Virus record (IMG/VR): IMGVR_UViG_3300022821_000013
Location: 1 to 64,000 of that record
Direction: 5' to 3' (one strand)
DNA length: 64,000 nt
Origin: a virus
The notes under the pieces were generated by a model. That model did no database searches. It was not told the DNA's origin and saw nothing but the letters and a program-made list of their open reading frames with translations. Below, piece by piece: positions 34,821-44,241 of the stretch. Position numbers and translations under genes: made by a program. The number at the start of each line of letters is the position of its first letter. The first letter of the stretch is position 1.

Positions 34821-35783
34821 TTAACTTCGGTTGGTTTTTGTGCAATATTCATCTGTATTATAAGGACAATAATTGCAATTAAAATTATTACGTCCAGTTT
34901 TTTTATCGAATGTCTTATCATATAAATAACTTCCATTACCGTCGAATCCACCTTCCAAGAAATCAGTTATTATCTTTTTAGATTTATTGATTGTTACATT
35001 TCCATGTGGAACATCAACCTTTTGTATATAACTAACTTTAACTGGAAAATCAACTGTCTCTGGATCTAATACCTTTCGTTTCAAAACATAAAAAACTGTT
35101 TTTATTTGTTCTAATGGTATATTCATTATATGAGAAAAGAATGTTCTATATAATATTAATTGGGTTCTAATCACATCATCTTTCTTTTTATAGTCATTCC
35201 AAGATTTAGTAGCTGTCTTTAAATCTATTATTAGATATTCTTTTGTTTTCTTATCTTGTAGGACAATATCTAGTTTTTGTAATATAGCAACACCATAATC
35301 CTCTAATAGAGTATATATTGGAAATTCTATAGCAAATAACTTATATGTTTTTGTAGAAAAATACTTTAGTCTATTGGTTTTTAACCAATCTAATATTCTC
35401 ACACCATCATTATAGAATTCAGCCATATCATCACGTGATATATCCATATCAACTTTTTCATTAATATCATTCTCTTGATATATCTCAACCATATAATGAT
35501 GTAATAACTCGTTAAGATTTATAGCATCAGCTTCTTTAACCGATACATTAAATATATAATGTAAATACATCTGTATTGTCTGGTGCATTGCAGTACCAAA
35601 TAACAGATGTATATTATATTTATCTATTCTATTCTTATCAATATATCTAAGTTTCCATTTATTAGGACAAGCAGTATACATCTGTATCTGACTGAATGAT
35701 ATTAATGGTGTGTCCTTTAGAAGTATTGGTTCTGGTTTATATGTTATATCATCGAACTTTGGTAGTGTTTTTATAAAACTCAT
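34821..35783 (-). CDS. PD-(D/E)XK nuclease (RecB/Cas4-like)
   Basis: ISFSQ...CP, FGTAMH, LDIV...IIDLKT, C-terminal CNYCPY...C. Confidence 0.85.
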   Translation of the reverse strand: MSFIKTLPKFDDITYKPEPILLKDTPLISFSQIQMYTACPNKWKLRYIDKNRIDKYNIHLLFGTAMHQTIQMYLHYIFNVSVKEADAINLNELLHHYMVEIYQENDINEKVDMDISRDDMAEFYNDGVRILDWLKTNRLKYFSTKTYKLFAIEFPIYTLLEDYGVAILQKLDIVLQDKKTKEYLIIDLKTATKSWNDYKKKDDVIRTQLILYRTFFSHIMNIPLEQIKTVFYVLKRKVLDPETVDFPVKVSYIQKVDVPHGNVTINKSKKIITDFLEGGFDGNGSYLYDKTFDKKTGRNNFNCNYCPYNTDEYCTKTNRS

Positions 35784-35891
35784 ATGCTAAATCAAATGTT
35801 TTAAATTGTTTAAATTTAATAATAATATCTCGGTCGTATATATCAATTACCCACATCTTAGTTGATGATGAGTATATAGGGAATTTGTATC

Positions 35892-36446
35892 TTATTCGTC
35901 TATCCATTCTTTAACCAATTGTTTAGCTTTTGTTTCTAATCCTATATAATCACTATCGTTAAGTATGATATGGTCAAATTCAGAGTAACTTCTATCTAAA
36001 TCCACTTCTGATTGGTGTTGGTCATCTGGTATAGAATAACCTTCATAACTAGCATCAATACGTACTACGATACCACCTAATCTCTTAATTGCATCAAGCT
36101 CACCCTTAAATCTAACATCAGTTATTATCCAATTACTATGATCATTATAAGTTGACATTAAAGATTTAATCCAAATATCATTATCGAAGTTATCTCTCAA
36201 ACTTTCAGTTCCTAATATCTGTAACATTTGACGAACACTCATACCCCAATCTTCTAAGTAATAAGGTTTGTAGTTATCATCAAAAAAATAATATTCTGGT
36301 AATCCAGTTATAATACCACATATTCGTTTTAAATTATTAGCAAATGATTTAGTTTCATACTTTTCATATAAACTACGCTGTAGTATTTTAGCAAACGTAT
36401 CCTTTCCAGATCGTTTCTTACCTGATATACCTATTAATTTGTTCAT
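35892..36446 (-). CDS. deoxynucleoside monophosphate kinase
   Basis: GISGKKRSGKDT, RQMLQILGTE, ITDVRF, HQSE. Confidence 0.9.
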   Translation of the reverse strand: MNKLIGISGKKRSGKDTFAKILQRSLYEKYETKSFANNLKRICGIITGLPEYYFFDDNYKPYYLEDWGMSVRQMLQILGTESLRDNFDNDIWIKSLMSTYNDHSNWIITDVRFKGELDAIKRLGGIVVRIDASYEGYSIPDDQHQSEVDLDRSYSEFDHIILNDSDYIGLETKAKQLVKEWIDE

Positions 36447-36895
36447 ATAGTTCCTATTTTTTTAATTATTTTTTTATATTCTTTATTATCTAAATTTGAT
36501 TCCGATATAATATGAATTAACTCGTCTTTTCCATCCTGTATATCAATTAACATATTATAATATGAAAGTGCAATTCTACCATTACAATTATAATAATTCA
36601 TTATAGATTTTATTATAATATCAATATCTTTATCAGATTTGGTATTAGATTTTATAAGTTTATTATATCCTAATTTACGTGGTAATACAAGTTGCATTAG
36701 TTTATACTGTTGTTCTGTATCAAGATATAGATTAGATACTATCTGTAGTGTATTGATAGTATCTAAATATTCAATATCCATTGATATTAATCTATTAACA
36801 ATATAAAATGGAAACGTAGCCATTTCATGACTATCTATATCATCAAAGTTAGTTTTATAAGTTGTTAGATGTTTTATCGCTGTGTTTATATCCAT
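36443..36895 (-). CDS. clamp loader small subunit (T4 gp62-like)
   Basis: FYIVNRLISM...INTLQ...QYK; adjacent to the RFC-like gene. Confidence 0.65.
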   Translation of the reverse strand: MDINTAIKHLTTYKTNFDDIDSHEMATFPFYIVNRLISMDIEYLDTINTLQIVSNLYLDTEQQYKLMQLVLPRKLGYNKLIKSNTKSDKDIDIIIKSIMNYYNCNGRIALSYYNMLIDIQDGKDELIHIISESNLDNKEYKKIIKKIGTI

Positions 36896-36896
36896 A

Positions 36897-37130
36897 TTAC
36901 AGTTTAGGCATTAACTCTTCAAGTATTTCACCACATTTAGAGCAACAGAATACATCTATTGGGATGAACTGATCTGTTGGTTGTCCTGTTAATATAGCGG
37001 ACGCTCTACGTATAATCATTTTAGTTTCAAATACATCATAATCACATGATTTACAATGTACTTCTGTTGTCTTAGTTATATCTAATCTTGGTTGTTGCAT
37101 TTGCTGATTGTTAGCTCCTACTAAATCCAT
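36897..37130 (-). CDS. zinc-ribbon hypothetical protein
   Basis: CKSC...CSKCG. Confidence 0.75.
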   Translation of the reverse strand: MDLVGANNQQMQQPRLDITKTTEVHCKSCDYDVFETKMIIRRASAILTGQPTDQFIPIDVFCCSKCGEILEELMPKL

Positions 37131-37131
37131 A

Positions 37132-38073
37132 TTATCCTTTTGTTAAAATTGATGAGAACATACTCATTATATTTATTTCTTTATCTAAAGAGAAATAATC
37201 TTGATATTGATATTGACCTATCAATATTATATTTGACATCATATCACCTGGTAGTGATTCGATGTTAGTTGATATATATTTGTATATATCATTAAAATTA
37301 GTTATTCTTTCGTCAGCTATAAATTGACGAATAGATTTTATTTTTTCAGTATTAGACTTTGTAGACTTCATAATTGTTAATAATATATTAAGTTCATCTT
37401 TAGTCTTTTTATTCTTATTATTAAGTTTATATTCTCCAGATATACATTTACTCTGTAACTCATTATACATAGATCTCATATCTGGATATGAATTATTAAT
37501 TATATCAACTATACCATTAATTATATCTGGATTTTCAGAATCGTATTTTATTGATTCATTATCCATAACATACATTAATCTAGCCATTATATCTTCTTTT
37601 GGAGTATCAACAATATCATATAATTTACATCTTGATTTTATAGATGGTAATATTCTATCCGAATAATTACAAGTTAATAAAAATCTAGAACTATCACTAT
37701 ATGTTTCTATTATATAGTTTAATGATTCTTGTTGTTTAATTGGTACTCTATGAAACTCTTCAAGTAATATTATTTTTAAGTCTTTCTCTGGAACAGATTG
37801 ACAGAAAGGTAATATTTGGTTTCTTATAGCATCCATATTCATACTTTCATTTGTACTAATAATTAAACTTTCGGCATCCAACTCATTTATTAACATTTTT
37901 GCTAATGCGGTCTTACCGATACCAGGTGTACCACATAATAACATATGTGGTATATCCTTGTGTTCAATCATATCACTTATATCTTGCTTGAAGTCATCAG
38001 AACAAACATAATCATTTATTGTGCGTGGTCTATACTTTTCAGCCCATATTTTTGTGTTATCTCTAAATATCAT
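37132..38073 (-). CDS. clamp loader large subunit (T4 gp44/RFC-like)
   Basis: WAEKYRP, GTPGIGKT, IILLEE, FLLTCNY, SRC, PDMR. Confidence 0.92.
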   Translation of the reverse strand: MIFRDNTKIWAEKYRPRTINDYVCSDDFKQDISDMIEHKDIPHMLLCGTPGIGKTALAKMLINELDAESLIISTNESMNMDAIRNQILPFCQSVPEKDLKIILLEEFHRVPIKQQESLNYIIETYSDSSRFLLTCNYSDRILPSIKSRCKLYDIVDTPKEDIMARLMYVMDNESIKYDSENPDIINGIVDIINNSYPDMRSMYNELQSKCISGEYKLNNKNKKTKDELNILLTIMKSTKSNTEKIKSIRQFIADERITNFNDIYKYISTNIESLPGDMMSNIILIGQYQYQDYFSLDKEINIMSMFSSILTKG

Positions 38074-39464
38074 TTATCTTCTAATATAATTGGTGTATAT
38101 AAAGTTCTACCACGTTTACTATCAATAACAAATAGATTTTGTGATGGTGGTTCATACTCAGCCTTGATACTTACTGCGTATGGGTTATACCCTATCAAAC
38201 AACCATTTAATATAAATCCCTTACCAATTAATGATTGGTGGAAGTGACCGAATACATCTAAATCGGCTCTAATAGATCTATTCCAAGCTGCAATAGCTTT
38301 GTTAATTGGAATAGTTGGTCCACCAACACCACCACCATATCTCATAAAGTGTCCATGATGAAAACGTGTTATAGTTCCATATATATCTAATATAGTATGA
38401 TAACTTCGTTGTGCGTGGAATGTAACCATCTTATTAGATTTATAATGTTGTTCTAATACATAATACATATATTGTTCTAATGAATGCCCCAATTCAGTTG
38501 ATATTCTTTGTTGTTTAGTCATTCTACCATGATTACCAGTAGAAGATACAATCTCAATAGGCAATCCAGTATTAGCAAGTATATAGTCTATAGCACCTGC
38601 AATTCTATTTTGTACTTCTATTATAGCTTCGGTTGGCATTAATGAATTTGATTCCATTAAATCATCATGAATATCACCAGTTATAAAGTCACCACCTAAA
38701 TGGATAATTATTTTTTTGGTTTTATAAGGAACCTTAATCATATCAACCATTCTACCTGTATCATGCATAAGACAATTAATACGTTTCTCTGCTATACCAA
38801 GATTAAACTCATTTAATCCATTTACAGAATGATAATGTACTGTTTCTTCTATGTGCCAATCAGACCATTGCAATACAATTGCTGATTCACTACCCTTTAT
38901 AATATTAGGAGTTGATTTGATTATTTTAGGTGTAAAGTTGTTAGATAGAGTATCTACCATTTTAGATTCAACTTTTAATTCTTCAATTTCACTTAATGCA
39001 CGTTTATACTTTTCATTTAATAGTTTATTCTCTCTATCTTTATTTCTAAGTTTTATATCTACACCAGTATCAATTACAACCGTAGTGTTATCTTGTATAC
39101 CTTCATCGATTTCATAATCGTTAAATATATCATCTAACTCTAACTCTGAATCATCAATATCAATGATCTTGTTATTAATACACCAATTCTTAACTACTGT
39201 ATAGGAAAGCCCATATTTAGTAGCTACTGATTGTATATCATTTGACTGTTGAGCTTCAGATATAACTTTGTTTTTAAATTTATCGGAATAATCACTAACT
39301 AGTTTGGGTCTATCTAAAAAACCCAAATCACATCTGGTTTCCCAATTTGGTATTGTGTGATCACCACCAATACCATATTTCTGTTTTAGTTCTTTATAAC
39401 TTGCACCTGCACGTCTTTCAGCAACTATCCGTTTCTTAGCTTTATTAGAATATTTCTTAGCCAT
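38070..39464 (-). CDS. HTH-repeat plus calcineurin-like metallophosphoesterase
   Basis: Two transposase-like HTHs (YSNKAKK.., YSDKFKNK..) then SDWH, GGDF, GNHG, HHGH, GHFH. Confidence 0.82.
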   Translation of the reverse strand: MAKKYSNKAKKRIVAERRAGASYKELKQKYGIGGDHTIPNWETRCDLGFLDRPKLVSDYSDKFKNKVISEAQQSNDIQSVATKYGLSYTVVKNWCINNKIIDIDDSELELDDIFNDYEIDEGIQDNTTVVIDTGVDIKLRNKDRENKLLNEKYKRALSEIEELKVESKMVDTLSNNFTPKIIKSTPNIIKGSESAIVLQWSDWHIEETVHYHSVNGLNEFNLGIAEKRINCLMHDTGRMVDMIKVPYKTKKIIIHLGGDFITGDIHDDLMESNSLMPTEAIIEVQNRIAGAIDYILANTGLPIEIVSSTGNHGRMTKQQRISTELGHSLEQYMYYVLEQHYKSNKMVTFHAQRSYHTILDIYGTITRFHHGHFMRYGGGVGGPTIPINKAIAAWNRSIRADLDVFGHFHQSLIGKGFILNGCLIGYNPYAVSIKAEYEPPSQNLFVIDSKRGRTLYTPIILEDK

Positions 39465-39479
39465 TAAAATGCCTTTTGT

Positions 39480-40268
39480 TTATTTATTAATTTTTAAAGG
39501 TGTCAATACATATTTTGCGTGTATATCAGAGTTTTCAAAATCAAAGAATAATGCTGACATAGGAATATCATTTGATTGTGTTGCAATTGCATAATCTAAA
39601 ATTACATCATCTGTTATTGATTTTCCCTGTTCCAATATCTTTAATAGATATATAGGGTCATAAACATCAACATGATTATTCTTCTTTGGTACATTTGTAT
39701 CTATAAATTCACAATCTAATCTCAACTCTACATTACCAGATAGATTTTCACCTTCAAATTTCAGAATATTATATTCATCTCCATCTGAATTTGCAATTCT
39801 AACCGAAGTTGGCTTGAATATAGATATTAATTTAGAGTATGAATTAATAAAGTCATTGTTTAAATGACATGTTAATGTTGGAACTGGAATATTAACAATA
39901 TCTCTAACGTCTTCATATTCTGAATTGCATCTAAATGATATTTTTCTTTTTGTGTCATTAGCATGTAAATATAATGGAATCCCATTATGATTGCCTTCAA
40001 CCTTAAAGTTTATATCATCTTCCATTATAGATAGAGTTTTCTTCAATTCATCTGCATTTTTTAAAATAACACCACCAGTCTCACCATTTATAAATGGATG
40101 TTTGAATATAGTTGTAGTTTTAAACTGTGTATGTGTTGGTGGTTGCATAGTAACTTTAACTCTGCTATCATCGTAATTCAACTTAAATGATAAATGTTGT
40201 TCATTTATCTTACCTAATAAAAAGGTATCTATGTATTTGACAAATACATCTCTCTTAACTGACATCAT
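39480..40268 (-). CDS. probable sliding clamp (gp45-like)
   Basis: 262 aa, between PolB and clamp loaders, C-terminal KYVL; mostly positional inference. Confidence 0.55.
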   Translation of the reverse strand: MMSVKRDVFVKYIDTFLLGKINEQHLSFKLNYDDSRVKVTMQPPTHTQFKTTTIFKHPFINGETGGVILKNADELKKTLSIMEDDINFKVEGNHNGIPLYLHANDTKRKISFRCNSEYEDVRDIVNIPVPTLTCHLNNDFINSYSKLISIFKPTSVRIANSDGDEYNILKFEGENLSGNVELRLDCEFIDTNVPKKNNHVDVYDPIYLLKILEQGKSITDDVILDYAIATQSNDIPMSALFFDFENSDIHAKYVLTPLKINK

Positions 40269-40587
40269 CCCTCCAAGGGTTAATAAAAATTTGATAAATT
40301 ATATTCTTCTTCTTTTCTTTTTCTGTTTTCTTTATTACGTCAATTTCTTTTGGTTCAACTTTCTTATTTACAAATAACTCATGTTTGGATATTCTATCTT
40401 TGGTAGTATTAAAAGATTTTTCTTCTAATTCTATACCAATAAAATTTCTATTTAGATTAGCACATACTATACCAGTTGTACCAATACCATAAGGTGGGTC
40501 GGTAACTACTGCATCAACTGAATTATCATTTAAAACCTTTAAAACTTTAAGACTATCGCCTTGTAACAATGTGTGTGTATTACTCAT
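40255..40587 (-). pseudogene. internally deleted N4/N6 DNA methyltransferase remnant
   Basis: GDSLKVL...VVTDPPYG joined directly to GTTG...NRNFIGIE; TRD and DPFxG motif missing. Confidence 0.8.
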
Positions 40588-40616
40588 TAATTTCCATTAT
40601 TACCTATATTATATTA

Positions 40617-40647
40617 CAAACTTACGAAAAAGAAATTACATTACCAA
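40617..40647 (-). promoter_or_regulatory. Bacteroidota-type promoter
   Basis: TTG-N20-TAAGTTTG. Confidence 0.8.
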
Positions 40648-40650
40648 ATT

Positions 40651-43398
40651 TTAATAAAAATCATTACAATTTACATTATCAGTTGGTAATCTCCAATTAG
40701 CCGTATCATATATAGCTGATAGCTTATTACTTAACTCACTATCGTATATCTTCTCTATATTAATATATGTTTTTATAAACTCCATAATCTTAGGGTATGG
40801 TGTCTCCATAGGATAACCAATAATACTAAGGTTAAATGGATTATGTTTTAAATATACATATTTAATCTTATCACCTTGTTTTATAGCTTGATACTTAAAA
40901 TCAGCATCGAAGAACTTCAATAATCTATTATACCCCAAAGCAGCCTTAACTGGTGCAGTAGCACCTTTTTGAAACACATATATAGTTTTGTCCAACTCTG
41001 GATCATCATATTGATCTAACGTCTTAACAGATGATATTTTCGATATATATTCTAGATCATCAGCAGTTATAGAGTTCATCAAATCAATTATTAGTTTATC
41101 ACATTTAGGTTTATCATTTTCAATTAACATTATATTCAATAACGTAGATAAATGGTCTTGGAATTTAACTGGAAATGAAGATCTAACAACTTCAATACCT
41201 TTAAAGTCAATTGGATTGGCTAAATCACGTTTTCCCTCACTATCAACTACATATTGTGCATATCTCTTCTTACCTAACCATAAACCACGTCTAGTTATTT
41301 TCTCACGGTTAAACTTCAATCTATTATTATTAGAATGTAATGCTGATTTTGAGAATATCTCTAATGAATCATTTATAGAATTACAATAATCTTCTGCTAT
41401 ATCTGATAATTTATCTAAGTCTTCTTCTTTGTATTCTGATGGGTGAAATGGTAGATAACTTGAATCGGTATCATTATAGATAATAACATCATCAAATGGT
41501 AAGTCGTGTTTTACAGAGTATAGTTTGTTGAATACATACGATGCATATTTAATAATATCTCTACCAGTAGATGTTACTGCACTTGCATTCTCCAAGTCAT
41601 AAAATCTAAATGTTTCTAATCCTAACACACCATATATAGAGTTTAATAGGATTTTTTGTACTAATTGTAATTTATCATAATATCGTTCCATATCATAATC
41701 ACCGTCTTTTCTACAAGACTTCATCTTATCTTTATAATCTAAACGTTTATCAAACCAATCAGATAATATTTCTGGTATTAGACCTATTTTATCAGTAGAA
41801 TACATCATACCATTAGAAGCTATAGTATATTTATTTTCTAATATAAACTCTATAAATTCATCTTTAGTAACTTCAAATACTTCTTTATTTAGATTTTCAA
41901 GTCTAAGTATAGTATCATCATTTATATAACCAAAGTCATAATTAATCTTATCAAAATCAACATCACCATCAACAAAGCGTGATATATACTTCATCAGATT
42001 GACTTCTTCCCAATTCAATATCTTACCTGCTTTAGTTTCAGGAGATATATTCAACGTTATAATGATAGATGGGTATAATGACTGTAAATCTATAGAGAAT
42101 AACCATTCATATATATTAGTCTCTGGTAATCTAACGTATGCACCCTCAAATGCTAATTTTATTTCTACGTTCTCTTTGAATGGTTTGGTTATATGTTTAT
42201 TTAGATAAAATACACCATCTTCATAGTTATGATATTCATATACATCTGCTTTCTTAACTCTAAATACCTTTAATAAGCCATTAGTTGGTATTCTATGTCT
42301 TACAGCATCACAATCTACATGTAACTCATTAAGTCCTATTGTATGAGCTTTATTAGATGTTATATTCATACGTGGTTTCTTATTAGGTGCTATTATGGAT
42401 TTTCTATCCATATAACTCATAATAGCACCTTCGATAACAGATGATGAATGTTTGAATTGTTGATATGGTATATGTGATATATGACATATTCTACGTGTCA
42501 ACTCCACAAAGTCCAACTTAGCATCTAACTCTTTTATTAACTTAACATCGACTAAGTTATACTCTATGAATTTTTCAATGTCTTCTCTGAATAACGTATC
42601 TAAACTACCCTCATAATCTATCTTACCATGACCTAATTCATGTTTAGATACATAGTCTAGTTTATAACTTGGTAACTCTGAATAGTTATAGTTCTTATAT
42701 ACAATCATATAGTCTAATGACGCTAAACCTGCTATATCAACATACTTATTTCTTTCGCTATATTTAACTATACCTATAGGACTTAATTTCTTTACCCAAT
42801 TATACCCTAATATATTTTTAATTCTAAAATATAGGTATCTAATATCAAAGTTATCACTGTTCCAACCTAATATTATATGTGGGCTTATTTCAGACATTTT
42901 ATTTATAAACGCCTTTAATAGATTAACATCATTATTATAAGATGTAACAATTACATTAGCTTCTTTATCATACGAATGTTTATGTTCTGACACTACAAAT
43001 ACATAATATATATCTGATGTCTGGTCGTACAACGCAATTGACGTTATATAATTATTGGCTTCTTCCGTTATCAACTGACCAGATACCATTTCAACCTCTA
43101 TATCGACAATAACTGTCTTTATATTAGTTGATACATCATCACTAAAATTATACAATTTAATTAATTGGTCTATATCAGGTGATAGATCCACTTGTAGATA
43201 ATCATCCGAATTTCCATTGTAAGTTTTGGATGTTACAACTGGATGATCACTAAACAGATATTTCAATTCTGTTTCTTCTTTTGGATCCTTAGCTAATCTA
43301 AAAAATTCGGAATCACGTTCAAAAGATACATATCCTTCAGTGTCATCCCATAAATGATATAGATTTTCCTTTCTATCAAAGTATATAGATTGGTACAT
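40651..43398 (-). CDS. family B DNA polymerase (T4 gp43-like)
   Basis: DIEV, GWNSDNFD, YNLVD, DLQSLYPSII, KILLNSIYG, YNDTDS, KKRY. Confidence 0.96.
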   Translation of the reverse strand: MYQSIYFDRKENLYHLWDDTEGYVSFERDSEFFRLAKDPKEETELKYLFSDHPVVTSKTYNGNSDDYLQVDLSPDIDQLIKLYNFSDDVSTNIKTVIVDIEVEMVSGQLITEEANNYITSIALYDQTSDIYYVFVVSEHKHSYDKEANVIVTSYNNDVNLLKAFINKMSEISPHIILGWNSDNFDIRYLYFRIKNILGYNWVKKLSPIGIVKYSERNKYVDIAGLASLDYMIVYKNYNYSELPSYKLDYVSKHELGHGKIDYEGSLDTLFREDIEKFIEYNLVDVKLIKELDAKLDFVELTRRICHISHIPYQQFKHSSSVIEGAIMSYMDRKSIIAPNKKPRMNITSNKAHTIGLNELHVDCDAVRHRIPTNGLLKVFRVKKADVYEYHNYEDGVFYLNKHITKPFKENVEIKLAFEGAYVRLPETNIYEWLFSIDLQSLYPSIIITLNISPETKAGKILNWEEVNLMKYISRFVDGDVDFDKINYDFGYINDDTILRLENLNKEVFEVTKDEFIEFILENKYTIASNGMMYSTDKIGLIPEILSDWFDKRLDYKDKMKSCRKDGDYDMERYYDKLQLVQKILLNSIYGVLGLETFRFYDLENASAVTSTGRDIIKYASYVFNKLYSVKHDLPFDDVIIYNDTDSSYLPFHPSEYKEEDLDKLSDIAEDYCNSINDSLEIFSKSALHSNNNRLKFNREKITRRGLWLGKKRYAQYVVDSEGKRDLANPIDFKGIEVVRSSFPVKFQDHLSTLLNIMLIENDKPKCDKLIIDLMNSITADDLEYISKISSVKTLDQYDDPELDKTIYVFQKGATAPVKAALGYNRLLKFFDADFKYQAIKQGDKIKYVYLKHNPFNLSIIGYPMETPYPKIMEFIKTYINIEKIYDSELSNKLSAIYDTANWRLPTDNVNCNDFY

Positions 43399-43464
43399 TT
43401 ATTGTATTTGTATTTGTATTGAATGTCATATATGATATGACTTAAAAACTAAAAAAACTAAAAA

Positions 43465-43893
43465 TTAAGATCCAGTAGAACCAAATCCACCATCACCACG
43501 TTCGCTATTAGATAATTCATCTACTTCGATTAAATTAATATCTTCTAACTTCTCAATTATCAATTGAGCTACTCTATCACCAACACCATATACATCGTAT
43601 GGTGGGTAGGCATTTGTGTATTTAAACATTACGAATATCTCACCTGTATAACCACAATCTATTATACCAGTTGAATTAGCTAACATCAAATCAGTCTTTG
43701 ATATTGAACTTCTTGGATATATTTTACCAACATAACCTTCTGGTATTTCAATTGACAACCCAGTACCACATTTAATACCTATATTAGTATCAATTACTGA
43801 TGTTGCAACCATATCAAACCCAGCATCTGTTTTATGTGCTTTGGTTGGTATTTGTGCGTATTCATTTAATCGTTTAAATTTAACATTTAACAT
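43465..43893 (-). CDS. dut: trimeric dUTPase
   Basis: AGFD, PRSS, GIIDCGYTGE, GDRVAQL, RGDGGFGSTG. Confidence 0.96.
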   Translation of the reverse strand: MLNVKFKRLNEYAQIPTKAHKTDAGFDMVATSVIDTNIGIKCGTGLSIEIPEGYVGKIYPRSSISKTDLMLANSTGIIDCGYTGEIFVMFKYTNAYPPYDVYGVGDRVAQLIIEKLEDINLIEVDELSNSERGDGGFGSTGS

Positions 43894-43986
43894 TTGAACC
43901 TTAGAATTAAATTAAAAATCAAGAATCACTACTATATATTAATAGTGATTCCGTTACTTTTTCTCCACATGGAAGATAAGCTAAAA

Positions 43987-44187
43987 CTACTTAACTGAAA
44001 AATTAACATCATGTTTTTTCATTTGGTCTATTTTGACTGGAGTTAAATATTGAACTATTGCTCCAACAACAAGCTCTGTTTCTGGATCAACTATAAAATT
44101 TATAGTCTTGTTATCAGATTCGTCCTTAACTGACACTGTAAGTTTGATGCCATTTATAGCACCTAACAATTCATAAATAATTTCCAT
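43987..44187 (-). CDS. hypothetical protein
   Basis: 66 aa ORF with AAGGT upstream. Confidence 0.65.
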   Translation of the reverse strand: MEIIYELLGAINGIKLTVSVKDESDNKTINFIVDPETELVVGAIVQYLTPVKIDQMKKHDVNFSVK

Positions 44188-44204
44188 TATTACCTTTTAT
44201 TTAA

Positions 44205-44234
44205 AATGGGTAGTGGATTAAAATACTACCCATT
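44205..44234 (-). terminator. hairpin terminator after the secreted protein gene
   Basis: AATGGGTAGT-N10-ACTACCCATT. Confidence 0.7.
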
Positions 44235-44241
44235 ATTTTAT

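Noticed and set aside
34821-35783. Cas4 as part of a CRISPR system
   Set aside because: Stand-alone PD-(D/E)XK nuclease in a replication context, with no other cas genes or array.
38070-39464. IS3-like transposase suggested by the N-terminal HTHs
   Set aside because: The HTHs are fused to a metallophosphoesterase; no DDE domain or terminal repeats.
42150-42380. Mini-intein in PolB
   Set aside because: No Cys/Ser start, no HN/Q-C/S/T end, and too short for a Hint domain.
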